Origin: Neoechinorhynchus agilis
Taxonomy: Eukaryota > Animalia > Acanthocephala
Reading direction: 5' to 3'
Length of the DNA stretch: 64,000 nt
Assembly (NCBI GenBank): GCA_051530055.1
Contig: CM121341.1
Span: 4,380,784-4,444,783, forward strand
Shown here: positions 1 to 9,307 of the stretch, piece by piece
Position numbering within the stretch: the stretch's first letter is position 1
Layout of the letters: every line of letters begins with the position of its first letter
The notes under the pieces: model-generated
Told to the model about the DNA's origin: nothing
The model's input: only the letters and a program-made list of their open reading frames with translations
Database searches by the model: none
Translations under genes and position numbers: made by a program

Positions 1-2690
1 TCGGAGATTTGCAAATGAACGGCAAAAAAGACGGATTTCTAAAAACCCAAAGTCAAAATTTCTTGTTTTTATACATAAACCTCAAAAAATAACGATAGAA
101 AAACGGTTTTTTTCGGAGATTAGAAAATGAACGGCAAAAAGACGGATTTCTAAAAACCCAAAGTCAAAATTTCTTGTTTTTATACATAAACCTCAAAAAT
201 AACGATAGAAAAACGGTTTTTTTCGGAGATTTGCAAATGAACGGCAAAAAAGACGGATTTCTAAAAACCCAAAGTCAAAATTTCTTGTTTTTATACATAA
301 ACCTCAAAAAATAACGATAGAAAAACGGTTTTTTTCGGAGATTTGCAAATGAACGGCAAAAAAGACGGATTTCTAAAAACCCAAAGTCAAAATTTCTTGT
401 TTTTATACATAAACCTCAAAAAATAACGATAGAAAAACGGTTTTTTTCGGAGATTTGCAAATGAACGGCAAAAAAGACGGATTTCTAAAAACCCAAAGTC
501 AAAATTTCTTGTTTTTATACATAAACCTCAAAAAATAACGATAGAAAAACGGTTTTTTTCGGAGATTTGCAAATGAACGCCAAAAAAGACGGATTTCTAA
601 AAACCCAAAGTCAAAATTTCTTGTTTTTATACATAAACCTCAAAAAATAACGATAGAAAAACGGTTTTTTTCGGAGATTTGAAAATGAACGGCAAAAAAA
701 GACGGATTTCTAAAAACCCAAAGTCAAAATTTCTTGTTTTTATACATAAACCTCAAAAAATAACGATAGAAAAACGGTTTTTTCGGAGATTTGCAAATGA
801 ACGGCAAAAAAAGACGGATTTCTAAAAACCCAAAGTCAAAATTTCTTGTTTTTATACATAAACCTCAAAAAATAACGATAGAAAAACGGTTTTTTTCGGA
901 GATTTGCAAATGAACGGCAAAAAAGACGGATTTCTAAAAACCCAAAGTCAAAATTTCTTGTTTTTATACATAAACCTCAAAAAATAACGATAGAAAAACG
1001 GTTTTTTTCGGAGATTTGCAAATGAACGGCAAAAAAGACGGATTTCTAAAAACCCAAAGTCAAAATTTCTTGTTTTTATACATAAACCTCAAAAAATAAC
1101 GATAGAAAAACGGTTTTTTTCGGAGATTTGCAAATGAACGGCAAAAAAGACGGATTTCTAAAAACCCAAAGTCAAAATTTCTTGTTTTTATACATAAACC
1201 TCAAAAAATAACGATAGAAAAACGGGTTTTTTCGGAGATTTGCAAATGAACGGCAAAAAAGACGGATTTCCAGAAACCCAAAGTCAAAATTTCTTGTTTT
1301 ATATACATAAACCTCAAAAATAACGATAGAAAAACGGTTTTTTCGGAGATTTGAAAATGAACGGCAAAAAAGACGGATTTCAAAAACCCAAAGTCAAAAT
1401 TTCTTGTTTTTATACATAAACCTCAAAAAATAACGATAGAAAAACGGGTTTTTTCGGAGATTTGAAAATGAACGGCAAAAAAGACGGATTTCTAAAAACC
1501 CAAAGTCAAAATTTCTTGTTTTTATACATAAACCTCAAAAAATAACGATAGAAAAACGGGTTTTTTCGGAGATTTGAAAATGAACGGCAAAAAAGACGGA
1601 TTTCTAAAAACCCAAAGTCAAAATTTCTTGTTTTTATACATAAACCTCAAAAAATAACGATAGAAAAACGGTTTTTTTCGGAGATTTGAAAATGAACGGC
1701 AAAAAAGACGGATTTCTAAAAACCCAAAGTCAAAATTTCTTGTTTTTATACATAAACCTCAAAAAATAACGATAGAAAAACGGTTTTTTTCGGAGATTTG
1801 CAAATGAACGGCAAAAAAAGACGGATTTCTAAAAACCCAAAGTCAAAATTTCTTGTTTTTATACATAAACCTCAAAAAATAACGATAGAAAAACGGGTTT
1901 TTTCGGAGATTTGCAAATGAACGGCAAAAAAAGACGGATTTCTAAAAACCCAAAGTCAAAATTTCTTGTTTTTATACATAAACCTCAAAAATAACGATAG
2001 AAAAACGGTTTTTTTCGGAGATTTGCAAATGAACGCCAAAAAAGACGGATTTCTAAAAACCCAAAGTCAAAATTTCTTGTTTTTATACATAAACCTCAAA
2101 AAATAACGATAGAAAAACGGTTTTTTTCGGAGATTTGCAAATGAACGGCAAAAAAGACGGATTTCTAAAAACCCAAAGTCAAAATTTCTTGTTTTTATAC
2201 ATAAACCTCAAAAAATAACGATAGAAAAACGGTTTTTTTCGGAGATTTGCAAATGAACGGCAAAAAAAGACGGATTTCTAAAAACCCAAAGTCAAAATTT
2301 CTTGTTTTTATACATAAACCTCAAAAAATAACGATAGAAAAACGGGTTTTTTCGGAGATTTGCAAATGAACGGCAAAAAAGACGGATTTCTAAAAACCCA
2401 AAGTCAAAATTTCTTGTTTTTATACATAAACCTCAAAAAATAACGATAGAAAAACGGTTTTTTTCGGAGATTTGCAAATGGACGGCAAAAAGACGGATTT
2501 CTAAAAACCCAAAGTCAAAATTTCTTGTTTTTATACATAAACCTCAAAAAATAACGATAGAAAAACGGTTTTTTTCGGAGATTTGCAAATGGACGGCAAA
2601 AAAGACGGATTTCTAAAAACCCAAAGTCAAAATTTCTTGTTTTTATACATAAACCTCCAAGAATAACGATAGAAAAGCGGTTTTTTTCGG
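1..2690. repeat. Tandem satellite, ~111-112 bp unit, ~24 copies (continues beyond window start); lies in ArgRS intron 2
   Basis: TCGGAGATT recurs at 1, 113, 223, 335 and onward. Copies are near-identical; the last copy (2640-2700) is diverged. Confidence 0.97.
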
Positions 2691-2769
2691 CGATTTGTGC
2701 TAAACTCGTGAAGGTAAAAAATTTCGGACTAAAAACCGGATTGCAGCATTTGGCGTTCTTAACCTCCTT

Positions 2770-5518
2770 TTTTACAGTTTCGCCTGACCTTGTTTTAAGT
2801 TTCTTCATATTTTCTCCTAAAACAACACCGAAAGCTACGTGTTCTACTCGATGTAATTCCGGATCAATCCATCCAGCGATCCTGGCAGCCCTGAAAACAT
2901 TGTCAAAATGCTGCGCTTGTCCAGCGTCGACCACATACAATATCCAATCTGCTTCCTCTTCGATGATTCTATGTTTTAAAGCGGTTAAATCGCTGGTGTC
3001 ATAAGTGTATCCACCATCGGATTTCACAAGAATTAAAGGAACTTTATCCTCACGATCAGGATAAGTGTGCATGATGAAACATCCGTTTTCATTACTTAGA
3101 ATTCCTTTTTCTCTTAGATCAGCTACCATTGGACCCATCAGAGGTTGGTAAAAGGATTCTCCTCGATCCACAACATTAACGCCAAGATCTCGGAAAAGCG
3201 TACTGAAATTTCGAAGCGATGTGTCGCATATGAGCTTCCAAAGACGAATTTCATGCTCCTGATGTGACTGGAGCCGAACTACAGCCTCTAATGAACGTTG
3301 ATGGAAATCTTTTTCTTCATCAAATCGAATTTTGGCTTCACGGTAAATCCTTACGAGGTCATCTAAAGACGGCAACTCAGATACGGGTTTAGACGCAATA
3401 TCACGGCCGTACATTTCCTGAAGATGCGTTATCAACATACCGAATTGAGTGCCCCAATCACCCAAATGATTGAGACCAATGACCGTATTGCCTAATTTGG
3501 TAAATAGACGATTCAAAGACTCACCAATAACCGCTGATCTCAAATGACCAACATGCATATCCTTGGCTATGTTCGGCGAAGGGTAATCTATAATAATCTT
3601 AAGACCGTATGGCCGAATTGGTGGAAAACGAATCATGTTGTTTTCGTCTTTTCGTTTAAGAATGTCAACCAATTGGTGAATCAAAGCAGAAATTGTCCTT
3701 TTATCAAAGCTCACACAAATTATAAAGCTTAAACACAAAAACTTCAATTATCAATTCAATATGATTTTTGCTCGTTTAGCACATGTAAAAATTAAACTAA
3801 ATTCCGATTGGTTGCGGCTTGAGCACAATCTTGTAAGTATTCGGGGTCAAGGCTTCAATAACAAGATTGTAAACAAGCCGAAACCAATCGGAATCTATCG
3901 AAATTCGTTTAATTTTTACACGCCCTTCATCCGAATATTTAAATCTTCAAACAATATGATTTTTCCCTTCACAAAAGTTGTCACATTTGGATAATCTTGG
4001 CTCCGATCAATCAAAAAATCGGTGGATTTTTTAGACTTTATAAATTTGAAAAATTAAAGAAAAACAAACTTTTGGTTCCGATTAATCAAAAAATCGGTGG
4101 ATTTTTTTAAAGACTATAAATTTGAAAAATTAAAGAAAAACAAACTTTTGGTTCCGATTACTCAAAAAATCGGTGTATTTTTTTTAAAGACCTTATAAAT
4201 TTGAAAAATTAAAGAAAAAAAACCTATAAATTTGAAAAATTAAAGAAAAACAAACTTTTGGTTCCGATTACTCAAAAAATCGTTTTTTAAAGACTATAAA
4301 TTTGAAAAATTAAAGAAAAACAAACTTTTGGTTCCGATTACTCAAAAAATCGGTGATTTTTAAAGACTATAAATTTGAAAAATTAAAGAAAAACAAACTT
4401 TTGGTTCCGATTAATCAAAAAATCGGTGGATTTTTTTAAAGACTATAAATTTGAAAAATTAAAGAAAAACAAACTTTTGGTTCCGATTAATCAAAAAATC
4501 GGTGGATTTTTTTAAAGACCTTATAAATTTGAAAAATTAAAGAAAAAAACTTTTGGTTCCGATTATCAAAAAATCGGTGTATTTTTTAAAGACCTTATAA
4601 ATTTGAAAAATTAAAGAAAAAAACTTTTGGTTCCGATTATTGAAAAGTCGGTGGATTTTTTAAAGACCTTATAAATTTGAAAAATTAAAGAAAAACAAAC
4701 TTTTGGTTCCGATTACTCAAAAAATCGGTGGTGTTTTTTAAAGACTTTATAAATTTGAAAAATTAAAGAAAAAACTTTTGGCTCCGATTACTCAAAAAAT
4801 CGGTGGTGTTTTTTGAAGACTTTATAAATTTTAAAAATTAAAGAAAAAATAATTATAATCGAAACAACTTTTAAAATATTATTCATATCTTAGAAAAAAA
4901 AGTTGGAACAGAAAATCGACAAACCATACATTTCAAAAATGTTATATTAAAGCCATCAAAGAAAAGAAGAATATTAAATGACGAGAAAATTACTAAGAAT
5001 GGTTCGTAATTTTCTAGAAAAAAGGACAATGCCTGTCATATTCTACTTTTACTTAAATTAAACGCCACGAATCCTTTACCCTTTACGGAAACACTTTCTC
5101 CGTCGACAAAACTTCCATTTGCAAGCGTCCGTAGTCGATCAGCGATGACATTTGCGACCAAAGTCGGATCCATTTTAAGCCGTTTTGCCAACGCAAACGA
5201 GCAACTGCATTGGAAGTCAGTGTCGCGGCCTTTTTCAATGTTAACTTTAACTTCATTTAACTCAAACTTTTGACGAATAATCTGATCAAACAAACTCTTT
5301 ATCGATGCAATCGGCGTTTCATAAACTGGATCAAGTCCGATTCGTTTTTGTTCGATTGCCCTTTCAAGAATACGTATTCGGTATTTCAGCTTTTCGTTCT
5401 TTTTCAATATATCCATAACCGGAAATTGACCCATGAGATCATTGAACTTCGATTCAAGAACTTTGGTTTCATTAGTTTGTTCCTTCACTCGCTTTTCGAG
5501 TTCTTGAGCGGTTTCCAT
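2770..5518 (-). CDS. RARS1: Cytosolic arginyl-tRNA synthetase, 5' part: exon 1 5518-5039, exon 2 3681-2770; anticodon-binding C-terminus lies beyond window start
   Basis: N-terminal coiled coil (KKNEKLKYRIRILE), Add1 domain (DFQCSCS...GKGFVAFNL), HIGH motif PNIAKDMHVGHLRS, DWGTQFGML, LVKSDGGYTYDTSDL, YVVDAGQ and KMSKS-equivalent KKLKTRSGETV. Exon boundaries are inferred (see findings). Confidence 0.95.
3784..3920. repeat. Imperfect fold-back (MITE-like hairpin) inside ArgRS intron 1
   Basis: TGTAAAAATTAAAC / ATTCCGATTGGTT / CGGCTTG / ACAATCTTGT are mirrored by their reverse complements around an ~26-nt loop. Confidence 0.8.
4005..4850. repeat. Tandem minisatellite, ~75 bp unit, ~11 copies, with internal CCGATT..AATCGG palindrome; in ArgRS intron 1
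   Basis: TTTTGGTTCCGATT...TATAAATTTGAAAAATTAAAGAAAAACAAAC repeats about every 75 bp. Confidence 0.93.
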
Positions 5519-5689
5519 TCCCGAGGTAAAAAACCTTTTTAGCGGAATTGGATATTTATGGCGTTCTTTCGTGTCTAAAGTATGATTTTACATTGTCGAA
5601 ACAGTTCATCATTCAACTTCTTTAGGGCGAGAATTATCAAATTCCGATATGCCTTTTTATCGCACGGCTGATAATTTTCGGACAAAAAG

Positions 5690-5990
5690 CGGAAGGGAGG
5701 AAAGTACGGAAATATCTTCACTTATCGAGGGCCCACTATTTTGTCCCCTTTGGGGTAGAGACGTATGGAGCGCTCGGCACTCTGCTCCAGGATCTCTCGA
5801 AGAAATTGAGAGACCGGCGACGCACGAGCAGGCGTATTCCTGCGGAGGCAATGCTGCCAGCGTGATGGCGACGGTCGGGAATGGCGGACGGTGGTGAGTG
5901 TGCTTCAAACAGAAGCGGCAACGCTGCAAGTGTCCTTGCGACGGTTCCGAGTGGCGAAGAGATGGATCTGGGAGGATCGTAGAGCTGTGA
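5690..5990 (+). mobile_element. Decayed 3' end (RLE endonuclease tail) of a CRE-like non-LTR retrotransposon
   Basis: Frameshifted FVPFGVETYGALGTLLQDLSKKLR ... GNAASVMATV. Confidence 0.85.
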
Positions 5991-6170
5991 GCTTAGTTTT
6001 TGTATGAATTGAATCTGTCTCTTTTTTTAAAAAAAATTGTTAAAAATATAATGTTCTTGAGTTAATAAATATAAAATTGGCTGAGTTTGTACGTTCCGTA
6101 GTTGTGTTGAGGTGGTCAAGTGGACTAATGTCTCTGATGTTGAAAAGATAATTCATTGTCATTTGTTGAT

Positions 6171-6336
6171 AGGAGAGATAAATGAAATTAAGAATTTATT
6201 GGATATTTCGATCCACTATCTCGGATCTTCTTCAGCGATTGTTTGTACGTCCATTAACAACAAACAACCGCTGAAGAAGATCCGAGATAGTGGATCGAAA
6301 TATCCAATACATTCTTAATTTCATTTATTTTCTCCT
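6171..6336. repeat. Near-perfect fold-back, ~76-bp arms, 13-nt loop
   Basis: AGGAGAGATAAATGAAATTAAGAATTTATTGGATATTTCGATCCACTATCTCGGATCTTCTTCAGCGATTGTTTGT is followed by its reverse complement (about 3 mismatches). Confidence 0.93.
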
Positions 6337-6589
6337 GTTCGAATCCGTTTCCACCAATGACGCACAACCAAAAGAGGACGAAATTGAGTGATTTTATGCG
6401 TTTCGCTGAACCAGATCGATGGGCTGTGTGCCCGAGAATTATCCGCCGTGCGATAAAAAGGCCACACATTGATATAAGTTACCGGCTGACCAATCTTCAT
6501 AAAAACTATCAAATAATTGATTTATTCGATAATTCTTAGGCCTTCGCGTAAGTCTTCAGCTTATTTATCAAATAACTCAATTATTTGAT

Positions 6590-8440
6590 ATTTTGTTAGA
6601 CGGTGGGATTCGTCCCATCGCGATTGGCTCTACCATAGGCGAGTCTCAAAAGGTGTTACTGAAATTCTTTGTCCAGTTCAACTGGGTTGCTGCACTCCTT
6701 GTGGGCGCGGAAGCCATAGTCCACGCAACTCCGTACATTTGTTATTGGGAACGTCAAACCGTGTTTGATCCTGAAATTAGATTTCCGGAACGCCTTCAAT
6801 TCCGTTAATCGCAACTCGTTCTTAAAAGCTGTCAGCGATTACTTATCCTTCTTCATAAAGGAGAAATTCAAAAAAGCTTTTTTGATTTTTTGGCAAATGT
6901 GAAATAGTCGACGAATACAGTCATACGGGAAGTAACTGTAGTGAACTTTGAAATGTTCGTGAAGGAGTTTTTAAATGGCGGCGAGCGACCACCGGACCGT
7001 AACGGACGATATACGACAGGCTCTTGAACAGACGAACGTTACGAATAGCATCTTCCTCTGCTTTTCCCTTCTATCCAACACGTTTGGAGTATTTTGAAGG
7101 AAACGGAGCTGCAACTCTTCTTGTATTCAACGATCAAATCATTCCTTCCTAAAGAGGCGTTCAACCGAGCGACCCATTTGGTCCCATTGGTTTCGCGCTC
7201 ACAGTGAACGAATTAGCGCATTCTCTTGATGCAGAATTCAATGCCTTTTATGTGGACGATGCTACGCTGGGAGGCGAAGAGCCCTGCAAAAGACGTAATA
7301 AAGAGCGACTTTGAAAATGTTAAAACCCGGAATAGAAATGATCGACTTAAGCTTTTGGGCAGTTGCGTCTTTGATGGGAACGTAGAAAACGAAATTAACA
7401 GCCTTCTAAAGAAATTATCGGTGCTTTGCGATGGGGTCTGTGAGCTTGGATCACACGAGACTCTGTCCTTGATAAAGAACATCCTCTTCATCCCCAAATT
7501 CTGTTATGCTCTACACACTGCGCTGTTTTTCAAGCACAAAGTTCAACTTGGCAAGCTGAATGACAGATTGAAGGACTGTCTCGAGCAAGTTTTGAAATGT
7601 CCAGCTATCAGAAGAGACAAGGCGACAAGCGTCCTTGCCTGTATCTTCTGGCGGGTTGGGGCCCGCTTTTTTAGGCTCCCACGAGGGAAGCAGAAGCGCA
7701 TTCTGAAATCTACTTATCATTTTGATAGGCATTTTGAAGAGTTAATCAGTGAGTGGTGATCAAGTACCTGTGAATGGCCAAAAACAGTCCGTGTGGACCT
7801 CTCGTCGCAAGAGTCCAAAGCTCTCTTATCAGAATCAAACGACGACGTTGTCCGTGCCAGGTTGTTGGTCCCGCTGGCATCGGTGGGTACTCTCCGATGA
7901 GGCTATAAATCTTAATCCAAGTTATGCTGAATTTCAATGAGTGTGTCATCCCCGCCGTTGTGGCAGATTCACAAGACATTCCGAAATTAACATGGTGCTG
8001 AGCCGGGCACTTGTTACGCCTCAAATACCCTAAATATTTTGGAACGGTGGGGTGACCACATTTCCGTGGCGGGAGGGTAAATGCCTCCTCCGGGACGCCA
8101 CTTGCGTCCATAAACTCGAAGCCAGCAATCTCAAGTTTTTGGTGGTTCAAGCTGGAGGTGCAGCGAGCGCTGTGGAAAGACGGAAAACGGCGAAATACCT
8201 CGATTTAGCCATGGAGTTGAGAACTACGGATCTCCTGGTAGCGAGGCTCTTCAACTTCTGAAGGATCTGAAGCGACGCCTTCAGGTAACAACCGGCGATG
8301 CAAGGTTCAAAATATCAGCATCGGCGTGTTGAAAGGCAACACTGCAAGCATTCGGGCGACAATTGAGGACGAGGACGGCTAGGCATATAACAGTTTGTGA
8401 GCGAGAGCGCTAAAATAAATCTAAAAACTAAAAAAAGTCA
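6590..8440 (+). mobile_element. Degenerate 5'-truncated CRE-like non-LTR retrotransposon (RT + RLE)
   Basis: Fragments in shifting frames: DGGIRPIAIG, GAEAIVHA, FYVDDATLGG, PKFCYAL, REGKCLLRDAT, GGAASAVERRKTAKYLDL, GNTASIRATI. A-rich 3' end near 8410-8440. Confidence 0.88.
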
Positions 8441-8489
8441 AGCAATTGTTGAACAGACTAAAAGATCCAAGAGCAGGAGAATTTCTCCT

Positions 8490-8555
8490 GTAAAAGACCG
8501 CTGCATCCATGAAGGACGGCAGCTGAGAGTGATCCAAAGCGGTGGCGTGCATATT
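8490..8555 (+). mobile_element. Short CRE-like 3'-terminal remnant, homologous to 14620-14665 (opposite strand)
   Basis: GGACGGCAGCTGAGAGTGATCCAAAGCGGTGGCGTG matches the reverse complement of 14620-14665. Confidence 0.55.
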
Positions 8556-9307
8556 TTTTAGAACTCTTTTTATCCAAAAATTAAATTCCATTTTTTTAGC
8601 TAATCAAAAATTCCGAAAACGCATTTATTTTCCCATTGATTTTTGCGCACAAGACCAAATTGGTTGTTTACAATCGATTCGTTATTTCTATTGAGATTAT
8701 TATCCGAAAATTAAGTTCATTAATCTGAAAATAAAACACTTCTCTCTCAATTTCCGCAGAATTATTTCTTTTCAGAATTCCGGAATTTCAATTGAACGTT
8801 TCTCCCGAAAGTTATTATCTGAATAAATTCGTTCTGAGCCTTTAAAATGCTCGTTAAATGCCGTACAATAAAAAATCTGAAGTTCTAGTAAATATTTACT
8901 CGAGCAAATCAAAAAAAAATCAAAAGCTTAGAAGGCAAACACCCCGGATTTAAATTGACCTACAACCAATGAAAATCCTTGGGCAAATGTCGGATCGGTA
9001 GTCGATTTAAACCCGCTAAAAGTATCTTTCTCCTCTAAGACAATCTAAGAATAGTTTTCTAAATAAAAAACTGGGAAAATTCGATTTTAAAATGTTATCA
9101 CAATTGAAAAATGGAGTTTCGTTCGTGCTAAATATGAGAAATTATTGACGGATTTCATCATAAAACCCCCTTAAAAGTGATACCCACCTTCGGTGCTCCT
9201 TTCTCCATGCGGCCCAATCTTCTCTCGGATATCATAACTTAAAATGATTCTGAGGAAAGAAGTAATCCATTTCGTTATAATGAATGTCTAAACTTCATTT
9301 GCCACAC

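Larger units (their letters stand above)
3682..5038 (-). other. Putative non-canonical stem-bounded intron (ArgRS intron 1, 1357 nt)
   Basis: ATA|TGACAGGCATTGTCCTTTT...AAAAGGACAATTTCTGCTTTG|ATT. Positions +4..+22 pair with -6..-24 (16 WC + 1 G.U of 19). Removal restores SKSRIIHQLVDIL in frame. Confidence 0.7.
5651..6462. mobile_element. ~810-bp segment bounded by 26-bp inverted repeats (non-autonomous TIR-like element)
   Basis: GCCTTTTTATCGCACGGCTGATAATT (5651-5676) versus AATTATCCGCCGTGCGATAAAAAGGC (6437-6462), 1 mismatch. Confidence 0.55.

Noticed and set aside
2515-2769. C-terminal ~85 aa of the 410-aa ArgRS ORF, and its first 22 aa (3747-3682)
   Set aside because: Read-through into intron and satellite DNA; homology stops at GETVK.
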